Below, piece by piece: positions 53,668 to 64,000 of a stretch of DNA of 64,000 nucleotides. The position numbers and the translations under genes were made by a program. The stretch is from the NCBI GenBank assembly GCA_964016885.1, contig OZ024740.1, forward strand, positions 178,374,001-178,438,000. The letters are read 5' to 3'. Position 1 is the first letter of the stretch; every line of letters starts with the position of its first letter. Under the pieces are notes generated by a model, which saw nothing but the letters and a program-made list of their open reading frames with translations, was not told the origin of the DNA and searched no databases. Source of the DNA: Eledone cirrhosa. Taxonomy: Eukaryota.

Positions 53668-53722
53668 ACTGCCTGAAGAGGTCACAGCAAATGATGGTTG
53701 TCACTGAAATATATATAGCAGT
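53668..53722 (+). ncRNA. Type I hammerhead ribozyme
   Basis: ACTGC-CTGAAGA-GGTCACAGC aaatgatg GTTGTCACT-GAAA-TATATA-TA-GCAGT, then AATAAA at 53731. Confidence 0.85.
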
Positions 53723-53771
53723 ACATCTTTAATAAACGAAGCCAAATCTTAAATATTTGACTTAATTTATT

Positions 53772-53837
<66 letters not shown>

Positions 53838-53841
<4 letters not shown>

Positions 53842-55382
53842 CATTTCATTTCATTTCATTTGAGTTTGAGTCCATGCTCAGGCCAAGTCGAAGACTCCAC
53901 CCTCAGAGTCTGGTGTGGTTGCCAGGTTGTATTCTCTGTTTAATTTTGACATGTGTAGGAGCGAGTTTGAGTCAGTTTGTGCTCGTTGTGTATATCCTGG
54001 GAGATGGGGTTCATCTCTAATGGTGCTTAAATATCTATCCAGCTGCAATTTGAATGATTCCACACTGCATCCTGATAGATTTCTGACATGTACCGGAATG
54101 GAGTTGAATAGTTGTGCTCCTCGAACCAACAGACTTGACTCTCGCAGGGTTTTTGCTGCCTGGCCAGCCTTTTTGTTGATTGGTGGTAGCTGGCAGCGTC
54201 TTCCGTGGCGCAGTGAGTGGTAGGTTTTGATACCAAAGGTTGGCACCTTTTGCTCTATCATTTTCCAAATGTATATAATTCGGTATCGCTCAAATCTTCT
54301 TTCTATTGAGTACATCTTCAAGGTTTTGAGTCTTTGCCAATAGTCCAGGTCCCTCGTTTCTGAGAAGTATGAGGTAAAATTTCTTTGGAGCGATTCCATC
54401 TTAGATAGTTGGCCCTTTGTTGTTGGTGACCACAACTGAGAACAGTAGTCAATCCTCGGAAGTATCATACTGTTCCAGAGGGTTTTCATTGTTGAGGTAT
54501 CTCTTGATTTGAAGGTGCGCAAGATCCACCCGCTGTACTTTCTTGCAGTAAGACAGACTGAGTCAAGGTGTTCTCTGAATTTTAGGCTGGTTCCCATGTG
54601 GATGCCTAAATCTTTCACACACTGTTTTTCCATTATTTGTTGTCCTGATGGGTTTCTGTAGTTTGTTGTATTTTTCAGATCTTGATCTGTTCCGTAGCGA
54701 ATTAGTTCAAACTTCTTATCATTGAACAACATGTTGTTTGTTTCCTGCCATTTGTATATGGGGTCAGGTCCTTTTGTAAGGCCTCTGTATCCACCTCGTC
54801 TTTGATTTGTCTCATGACCCTGGTGTCATCAGCAAAGGATGAGACGTTGCTGGTTGTACCTTCATCTATGTCAGAGATGAGGATGAGAAACAGGATTGGG
54901 CCGAGTACTGTACCCTGAGGAACACTGCTGGTCACAGGTGATGGTGTTGAATGGGTTCCATTTACAGTGACTGTTTGAGTTCTATTTGTAAGGAACTCAT
55001 GTATCCATGTACCAACTTTTCCTCCTACTCCTAGCTTTCGAAGTTTGTGTCCCAGGATGCCATGATCTACCTTGTCAAATGCCTTGGCAAATTCGAGGTA
55101 AATAACATCTGTGTTGTATCCATTCTCTAGATTTTCTAGGATTTGGTCATGGTGTGCCAGTAGTTGGGAAAGACATGATCTACCTAACCTGAATCCATGC
55201 TGGTTGCAATTCATCAGATTGTTGGATTCCAGGAACTCAACCAGTTTTCCACGAACTATTCTTTCGAAGACCTTGATAATGTGTGATGTCAGTGAGATTG
55301 GTCGGTAGTTCTTTGGTTTTGATTTGCTGTCCCCTTTATGTATTGGAGTTATGTGTGCTTCTTTATATGTATTTGGTATTTT

Positions 55383-55385
<3 letters not shown>
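53838..55385 (-). mobile_element. 5'-truncated CR1/L2-group LINE (RT + C-terminus) with (GAAAT)n tail
   Basis: NYRPISLTSHIIKVFE, NQHGFR, YLEFAKAFDKVDH, VPQGTVLGP, FADDT, KDLGI, DYCSQLWSP. One frameshift near 54740. (TTTCA)n at 53838-53860. (TA)n on both sides. Confidence 0.88.
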
Positions 55386-55465
<80 letters not shown>

Positions 55466-55546
55466 GAATAGAATGAAACGAAATTTCATTTCTCACTCTT
55501 AGTACGGCACTTATTTAGATGTAAGTATGTGTGTATATGTACATAT

Positions 55547-55616
55547 ATATATGTATACAGATGTACAGTAGTATGTATATATATATACATACTACTGTAC
55601 GTCTGTATACATATAT
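55547..55616. repeat. Near-perfect 70-bp palindrome centred on (TA)n
   Basis: ATATATGTATACAGATGTACAGTAGTATGTATAT then ATATATACATACTACTGTACGTCTGTATACATATAT. One mismatch. Confidence 0.85.
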
Positions 55617-55859
55617 GTATGTAGGTATACATACATTAATACTTATATATATATATATATATATATATATGTAGATAAATCTACCAAAAGTTTACGGTAG
55701 TGTCCGATCCGTATAAAGAACTCAATGTAATCCGGATATCATGAAAAGAGAAGATGCATTCAAAAACTACTTTCGGTGAAAAATAAACGGAAAACAGAGT
55801 CAAGATAAATTAATAAAATAATGAATAAACAAAGAAACAATTCCTTATATTAAAAAAAA

Positions 55860-56001
55860 TCATCATTTTACGATCGTTTCTAGGATATATATGTGTTAGA
55901 GTTGGTATGCATATTCTATAGATCTATGTACAATATTTATACAAACTATCAGAGGGAATATACATAGCTACACATATATATGCTGTCTTCAGAAATAATG
56001 A
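55860..56001 (-). ncRNA. Hammerhead ribozyme (mirror copy in the inverted arm)
   Basis: Reverse complement of 60631-60772. Confidence 0.85.
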
Positions 56002-56691
56002 TATTTGTTTATTGAAAAAAACAAAGATTCAATACAATAGGTCTGTTTGGGAACAGGTTTTGAATTGACCAATAGAGAGATAGTGAGGGTCAGGATAGTA
56101 ATATAGTAGTAGAAGAACCTTAAATTATGGGTAGAGGAAGGTAGATTTCAGTTTTGGATGGAAAAGAATATTATGAATGAAGGATTATTTTAGGGAAGAA
56201 ATAGGTCTTATGCTGACCTCAGAAATAATTTTATTTGTTCATTGAATAAAACCAACAAAGATCTAATATATTCTGTCTGTATGGTAAGAGGTTTAGAATT
56301 AACCAATAGAAAGTTAATAATTGGCCAAATGGTAAAATAGTAGTAATTGAAGCTTATTTTAGGGGTGAAACTAGGTCAGGTGGTCAGTAAAAGGTATACA
56401 AGCAGTTGCTGTTATAAAATAGTAATGCCAATACAAATATCTAAGGTGACTAAAGTTTTAAGATAAGAATGTTAGTGAAAAAAATACATCTATGAAAAGA
56501 ATATAAATTAATTTAATTGATGGGTATAATTTATATTGATAAAATTATACTAATACATATAGATATGCTAAATAAGAGTTAGATGCAGTTGAAAAGTGGT
56601 GTTAAAGATGAGGGGAAATTAAAAGAGTATAAAAATAATATATATATATATACTTATATATATATATACATACACCTATATATATACACAT

Positions 56692-56733
<42 letters not shown>

Positions 56734-56783
56734 TTACATATACATATATATATACATATGTATACACATACACACACACACAT

Positions 56784-56822
<39 letters not shown>

Positions 56823-57481
56823 TACACAATATACATATATATATATATATACATAGATGTATACATGCATATATACATACATACACATACACATACACAC
56901 ACATATACACTTATGTATACATATAATTATTGGGGGGGGGGATTAAATTTATTAGTGAGAAATAGTAAATATATATAGAGTTTTCAAGGAACATAGAGTC
57001 ATAACCTGAAGTTAAAGCATTATATATGTTTACTTAATGGTATCAGAGTTTTAGGAAATGATATTTTTAAGAAGGAAAGCAAAATTATGTAGTTCATCAG
57101 TAGTAGAATATTAATTATAGGTTAACTAAATTAAAAATAGTTTATATATTAATTTCTAAAGTGTATATTAATTAGGTTTATAATTTTTAAAGCAGAATTT
57201 TGTAGTTCATCAGTAGTAGAATATTAATTATAGGTTAACTAAATTAAAAATAATTTATAAATTAATTTCTAAAGTGTATATTAATTAGGTTTATAATATT
57301 TAAAGGTTTTTCTCAGTTTATGATTACACGATATTATTAATTCCTGTCGCTTATTTAATAGGATATCCTTAGATTTCATTATTTCAAAAAGTTCTTGGGA
57401 ACATAATCTACATTCATTTCTACTATTTTGATAAGGGGTGGCCCTTTTGAGCACACTCCAGGTCAGGTCATATTCTATATT

Positions 57482-59535
57482 AGAACTCAGGAAAAATTAT
57501 AGAAAAACAAATAATGCGTCACTTACCAACATCAACAACAAAACACACAGCATAGTGAATAGACTTAATATTGAAGATAGAACTGAACCTTTGGCATTGA
57601 AAATACCACACTTCAACCTGAAAGATCATAAATCTAACTTTAACTCTAATCCTTCTATAAGGCTTATATGCCCTTCCAAATCTGATATTGGAATAATTAG
57701 TAAAAAAACTTTTAGATAGAGTCATCCCACAACTAAGAAAACATGTTAATTTACCACTCTGGGAAAACACATCCCAGGTAATTAACTGGTTTAATAATAT
57801 TAGAAATAAATCCTCTGCTTCATTTCTACAATTTGATATAGATAATTATTATTCTTCTATATCACCTATACTCCTGAACAAAGCCTTGATATTTGCTAAA
57901 AATAGATCTAACTTAACTTTGGATGACATTAATATTATTACACATGCTAGACTAACACTATTGGAATTTCAGAATGAATACTGGACCAGAAACACATATA
58001 GTAATCTATTCGATATTACTATGGGCTCAAGCGATTCTGCCCAAATTACTGATCTTGTGGGCCTCTTTCTTATTTTTAACATAAATGCTTCTTTTCCCCA
58101 CCTTAAAGGTGGTTTATATCGTGACGACTGTCTTCTTCTTTCCAATAACCTTAGCCTCTCAGAGATAGAAAAAAATATAAAGCTTATTAGAACTTTCCTC
58201 AAAGACTATTATAGTCTAGATATTACATTTGAAAACACAAGTAAAGTAGTTAATTTCCTAGATATAACATTAGACTTATTTACGGGTATCTACCAACCTT
58301 ACCATAAACCCAACCAAAATTTACACTACATACACTCACAATCTAATCCCCCTAAATATATCCTTAAAAACCTTGCATATAATATATCACTTAGAATTTC
58401 TAACCTTTCGTCTAACCAAGATGTATTTGATAAAAATGCGACCTTTTATAACGAAGCTCTAGCTAGAAGTGGCCACAAAAATGGATTAGTATATATACCT
58501 TCTACCAATAACACTACAAACATACAACCTAATATTACCAACAAACACCAAATGAAACATACACACCTAAATGCCACTCACACTATACCCCAAAACACCA
58601 ACATAAAACCAAATTTCTCTAACTCTTCTAATATACAGTATAGTAACTCTCAAAAAACTACTCATCCTACAACTCTAATAAATGTTAATAATAAAACACC
58701 TAATAAACAAGCTAAAACACCTAAATCAATAATTCTAACTAAAAATGTGTGTGGTGAGGTCATTAACAATAATTTTCTTAATAATCATCAGGATGCATCC
58801 TATAAAAACAATAAACAACATCGAAACCGTAATAGACGAGTTACTTGGTACAATGCTCCATTTAATTTACAAATTAAGGATAATATACCTAAAAAATTCT
58901 TTAATATCCTAGATAAAAACTTCCCGCCAAACCACAAATACCATCAAATCTTAAATAGATCAACGGTTAAATTCTCCTACTCAACAACCAAAAACATAAA
59001 ACAAAATATAAGTGCCTATAATGCATATAAATGTAAAAAAAACATGAGTATACCAGCAGTACATCAAACTAACCATAATATCTCCTCAGATACAGGATTC
59101 ACGAAAAGTTGTAACTGTAGAAACAAGGCAAACTGTCCATTAAAAGGAAATTGCCTTGTTAATAACATAGTATATAAATGTAAAGTTAACACTAAGGACT
59201 CAATTTATTCATATATAGGAGCTATCTCTAACAAATTTAAGGTAAGATTTAATACCCACAAACATAGTTTTAAAAATGCCGCACTAGCTAATACAACATC
59301 TCTAGCTGAAATAATAAATAGTTATAGAAAGAGGAATATAGAATATGACCTGACCTGGAGTGTGCTCAAAAGGGCCACCCCTTATCAAAATAGTAGAAAT
59401 GAATGTAAATTATGTTCCCAGGAACTTTTTGAAATAATGAAATCTAAGGATATCCTATTAAATAAGCGACAGGAATTAATAATATCGTGTAATCATAAAC
59501 TGAGAAAAACCTTTAAATATTATAAACCTAATTAA
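57482..59535 (+). pseudogene. 5'-truncated PLE polyprotein (RT + GIY-YIG), one frameshift near 57705
   Basis: KDHK, RLICPSKSDIG, FDITMGS, GGLYRDD, FLDITLDL, WYNAPF, CNCRNKANCPLKGNC, YIGA..FK.RF..H, CKLC, CNH. Confidence 0.9.
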
Positions 59536-59843
59536 TATACACTTTAGAAATTAATTTATAAATTATTTTTAATTTAGTTAACCTATAATTAATATTCTAC
59601 TACTGATGAACTACAAAATTCTGCTTTCCTTCTTACAAATATCATTTCCTAAAACTGATACCATTAAGTAAACCTATATAATGCTTTAACTTCAGGTTAT
59701 AACTCTATGTTCCTTGAAAACTCTATATATATTTACTATTTCTCACTAATAAATTTAATCCCCCCCTAATAATTATATGTATATATAAGTGTATATGTGT
59801 GTGTATGTGTATGTGTATGTATGTATATATGCATGTATACATC

Positions 59844-59888
<45 letters not shown>

Positions 59889-60630
59889 GTGTGTATATAT
59901 GTGTATATATATATATTTATATATATGTGTGTATGTGTGTGTATGTGTATACATATGTATATATATATGTATATGTAAGTGTATATATATATATTATTTT
60001 TATACTCTTTTAATTTCCCCTCATCTTTAACACCACTTTTCAACTGCATCTAACTCTTATTTAGCATATCTATATGTATTAGTATAATTTTATCAATATA
60101 AATTATACCCATCAATTAAATTAATTTATATTCTTTTCATAGATGTATTTTTTTCACTAACATTCTTATCTTAAAACTTTAGTCACCTTAGATATTTGTA
60201 TTGGCATTACTATTTTATAACAGCAACTGCTTGTATACCTTTTACTGACCACCTGACCTAGTTTCACCCCTAAAATAAGCTTCAATTACTACTATTTTAC
60301 CATTTGGCCAATTATTAACTTTCTATTGGTTAATTCTAAACCTCTTACCATACAGACAGAATATATTAGATCTTTGTTGGTTTTATTCAATGAACAAATA
60401 AAATTATTTCTGAGGTCAGCATAAGACCTATTTCTTCCCTAAAATAATCCTTCATTCATAATATTCTTTTCCATCCAAAACTGAAATCTACCTTCCTCTA
60501 CCCATAATTTAAGGTTCTTCTACTACTATATTACTATCCTGACCCTCACTATCTCTCTATTGGTCAATTCAAAACCTGTTCCCAAACAGACCTATTGTAT
60601 TGAATCTTTGTTTTTTTCAATAAACAAATA

Positions 60631-60772
60631 TCATTATTTCTGAAGACAGCATATATATGTGTAGCTATGTATATTCCCTCTGATAGTTTGTATAAATATT
60701 GTACATAGATCTATAGAATATGCATACCAACTCTAACACATATATATCCTAGAAACGATCGTAAAATGATGA
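60631..60772 (+). ncRNA. Type I hammerhead ribozyme with expanded stem II
   Basis: TCATTATTT-CTGAAGA-C-AGCATATATATGTGT...(73 nt)...ACACATATATATCCT-A-GAAA-CGATCG-TA-AAATGATGA. 9-bp stem I, palindromic stem III, GUA site. Confidence 0.88.
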
Positions 60773-60820
60773 ATTTTTTAATATAAGGAACTGTTTCTTT
60801 GTTTATTCATTATTTTATTA

Positions 60821-60858
<38 letters not shown>

Positions 60859-61004
60859 ATACTTTGGGAGGGTCATGTTGCCAATAAGAAACACACGTAC
60901 CAGTTGTTTTCACTTCAATTTATTATAATAAATTCATAAATTTAGGAATTTATAAATTTCCGGTTTGTTGGTTGGTTCCACAACCAGATGGTTGTTTATA
61001 TATT

Positions 61005-61047
61005 GTCAAAGTTCTTTGGTCAAACATTATGTGACCTCTTCAGTGCC
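61005..61047 (-). ncRNA. Defective hammerhead motif
   Basis: Minus strand: GGCA-CTGAAGA-GGTCA cataatgtt TGACC-(G missing)AAA-GAAC-TT-TGAC. Same architecture as 42819-42864. Confidence 0.5.
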
Positions 61048-63208
61048 TGGGGTTCTTTTCTTTGTTTTTTGTGCCTCTCCTTTGTTCTGTCCTACGCCAT
61101 CTTGTTTTTGTGTGTGTGTTGTGTGGTTACTTTGCGCATGTGTTACATCCGGGTGTCTGTGTGTGTTTATATTCGTTTATTTATTTGTTTATTTACATGT
61201 TACTGGTTGGTAGTTTGTTCTATGTGCGTGTGTGTTTTCATTTTGTCCTTAATTGTAAATTGTGATGTTGCTGTTCCACTCATGTTTTCTATTTAATTTT
61301 GGTTGTAATTCATTTATGTTTATTGCCTCTGTGATTTGTCTAAACATTGCGCCTTTTCTGTGTCTAGATTCTATTTTTATTTCTATGTTCTCTAATTTAC
61401 CCTTATGTTCTATTTTAGCATGTTGGTAGAGTACAGATGATTCTTTACTATCTTGAAGACCTCGCCAGTGTTCATTTATCCGTTCCCCTATACTACGAGC
61501 TGTCTCACCTATGTCCACTATATTTTTATATCTACATTCTCCTTCAGTACATCTTATGCTATATACTACATTTCTAGTTTTACAGTTAATATGAGGGCTT
61601 AATTTACAGATTATACATTTCTTATCTATACAGGGAGGTCTTTGAAAAGGGTATGTCTTGCTAATAAGTGTTTTTATGGAGGTACCTGGTCTTTCTACTA
61701 TCTTAATATTGAGTTTATGTTTATCTAGGGCCCTTCTAAATTTGTAAGCTAATTCACGTCTAGGGGTTGTATCGATGAACATTACAATCTGGTATTTATT
61801 GCTATCATACCATGAGTTTATTCTATTAGCCTTATTCCTAGTTCTTTCTATTCTATTCCAAAATTTGCTCCTATACAAGGGGCAGGTCCCATTTGTGTCA
61901 TTATTTACCATTTTTTTCTATTTGGTTCTGGCTCCTCTATACACTCTGATTTTATCTCTCTGATTGTAACCAGAGAACCGCATACGGTGGATGAAGTGTT
62001 GTATGTGTCTCTCTAGTTCTTCGGGGTTGCACATGCAGGACACGTTTCTCAGCACCCATACCAAATCCGCAATCAGTATGTTGATTTTGGTATTGTTCGA
62101 AACAGCTGAGTTTCGGTGGATCAGATATTTGGAAGTCATGGGTTTGGCATAATGGGAATGGAGGATTTGTTTTTTGTTATTAATGGTATTTAACCAGAGC
62201 TCTGTGTCTAGTACAGGTAATCGATGGTTGGGGTGTTTGCTAGGGTAGTCTATAGTAACTCTAATACTCTGGTGGATGGAGTTAGCTATTTGCTGGATGC
62301 TTTCCATTGTGTTTTTCTCTAATTCCTGACTGTTCTCTAGTGGGGTGTTTTAACTACGATGTTTATATCATCAACGTAGCGGTAGTATATTATCAGGGTT
62401 AAGGGATCTTCTAATTGTTCTTTAAGTTTAAGTTTAAGTCTACTGTCCCACCATACCATGAATAAGTTAGCTATGTCGCCTGCAATGCTAACACCAATGG
62501 CTGCTCCTTCCTCTTGGGCATATGTTTTTCCATTAAATTTGAACATATGTTCGTTAAGGGTTAATTTTATGCTGGCCCCCACCGCATGTGCAATCATTTT
62601 CTTTAGTTCATCGTGGTTTTCGGGGGTCCGTATGACTCTGGTCCACCCGTTCCGTCTCTCTGTGTGGGTTTTCTTGGCCATTGAGGTAATGGTAGGTGGT
62701 CTGCCTCTTGCTGGTCTTGTAGGGCACAGGTTGCTAAGGTCATATGTGTCTAGATAATTATTACTATAGGTAAGTTTAAGTAGGAGTCCCAGCTCACTGG
62801 TATCAATCCCACGGAACTCAACATTGCTCTCACTCATCATTTCTACACAATTCTCCACAGCAAAATCCACGTCAATAGATGGATACAGGGCCACAACATC
62901 CATACTACCTATTATGCAGTTTGTTAAGTCCCTAGATCGGTTACTCTCGCCGATTCTGCTGAGGAGGTCCTCCGTGCTGTCACATACATCTGGGGACATT
63001 TCAGTGATGGGCGTATGATCAGAGAGAGGAAGTAGGACAGTCTGTAGTTACTAGCAATGTTAGCTCCACAGACTGGCCGTGTTGGTGGTCCCGTGACAGG
63101 GTCACTGCTCGTTTTATTGTCTTTTCGAATCCCATACAACGCTGGCACGTCATTGTTCCAGGCCTGGAAGTTGTTGGCAGTCCTCTTGTTGGGCTGCATT
63201 ATATTTGT

Positions 63209-63393
63209 CGGTGGATTGGCAGTATCGGTAGAGAGTCGGACGCCATGCTTTCCAGCATAGTTACGTCCCTTTACGATCTGAGTTCAAATCCCGCCGAGGT
63301 TGACTTTGCCTTTCATCCTTACAGGGTCGATAAAATAAAGTACCAGTAATACACTGGGTAATTGCTGGCCTTGTGCCTAAAAGTAGAAACAAT
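63209..63393 (+). mobile_element. SINE (subfamily A) with 12-bp TSD, inserted in the PLE RT region
   Basis: ATTATATTTGTC on both sides. Confidence 0.92.
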
Positions 63394-63522
63394 TATATTT
63401 GTCCACATCACCATATGGGCATTGAGGTTTCTTATTGGCAACATGACCCTCCCAAAGTATAACAATATCGGTTTCAACACACGTTTTCGGATAAAGAATC
63501 TTGCTAATCAAATTCAGAAACG

Positions 63523-63653
<131 letters not shown>

Positions 63654-63754
63654 TATATGTGTGTGTGTGTTTTGTGTGTGTGTTTTTGTATAATATGTGG
63701 TGATGTAACTTTATGTATGTGTGCGTGTATATATGTGTGTATATATGTATATAC

Positions 63755-64000
63755 AACCTGTCTTATGGTCGGATCGTTGGCGACTAAACTGGCAACCCGA
63801 CCAAGCTTTCTTGGTGAGGAGGGTGACTTTGGACATCCTGAAGGACTAAAAACAAAACCTGTCAAAGGGCAAAGGAGCTCTTAAAAGTCAATGGCCATCC
63901 AGAATCACCGTGAGAGATGACCCCTTAGCCTTTGTCAAGGCAGAATTCTAGGAGAAGGAAAACTCTGATATAACACCTGCAACTCTGATGGTATCCAATG
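63755..64000 (+). mobile_element. Probable 5' UTR of an RTE-clade LINE running off the window end
   Basis: CTAGGAGAAGGAAAACTCTGA..AA.ACC and GGCGACTAAA motifs resemble RTE 5' UTRs as I recall them. No ORF inside the window to confirm. Confidence 0.5.

Larger units (their letters stand above)
50896..53780 (+). mobile_element. Internally deleted, GC-rich Naiad-like PLE
   Basis: FDIKMGSSDSA..DLVG, GGL*RDDAL, WYNPPYS, CNCRNPALCPLSNEC, YIGA, CKLC. Hammerhead at 53668-53722. (TA)n at both ends. Confidence 0.82.
55680..60826 (+). mobile_element. Naiad-like PLE with a ~1.5-1.7 kb inverted copy of its 3' end at the 5' side
   Basis: 55805-57481 is the reverse complement of about 59335-60826. The RT-EN ORF lies between and overlaps the right arm. 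Confidence 0.92.
60851..63468 (-). mobile_element. Neptune-like PLE (YVDD-type RT + GIY-YIG), 5'-truncated, with 42-bp inverted termini
   Basis: LYGIRKD.K...RPV, GSMDVVALYPSI, GAAIG...[43 protein letters not shown]. 60851-60892 is the reverse complement of 63427-63468. Several frameshifts and a SINE insertion. Confidence 0.88.

Noticed and set aside
60851-63468. 42-bp terminal inverted repeats suggesting a DNA transposon carrying an RT
   Set aside because: No transposase is present. The right repeat abuts a 5'-truncated RT, and the same sequence is the 3' terminus of the related element at 42621, which fits a PLE 5' inversion.

Overview
Repeat-saturated, AT-rich eukaryotic DNA with no convincing host protein-coding gene. 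The SINE family, Dong/R4 LINEs, Penelope-like elements (PLEs) and long (TA)n/(CA)n/(AAT)n arrays suggest an octopod cephalopod genome; this is my inference. The window holds about ten PLE copies or fragments from at least two clades (GxYRDD-type RT with a CxC..CPL..C GIY-YIG, Naiad-like; and YVDD-type, Neptune-like), nearly all bounded by (TA)n. There are also four co-oriented Dong/R4 copies, each followed by (AAT)n, one of them with an intact 1130-aa ORF. Other elements are a decayed Tx1/L1 LINE, a CR1/L2-group RT fragment, a decayed CRE-type endonuclease region, a probable RTE 5' end and many tRNA-derived SINEs. The signals not captured by the ORF track are as follows. (i) About a dozen type I hammerhead ribozyme motifs in PLE terminal repeats, most with a sequence-variable but palindromic stem III and several with a 60-105 nt expanded stem II. 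(ii) Fold-back inversions at PLE junctions at every scale from 15 bp to about 2.7 kb, including an inverted copy of the flanking DNA across a (TA)n tract. (iii) PLE 3' ends set by TA microhomology. (iv) Two different SINE subfamilies inserted independently at the same nucleotide. (v) A pseudoknot-like motif shared by the 5' UTRs of two divergent Dong families. All structures were read by eye; no folding or database search was run.
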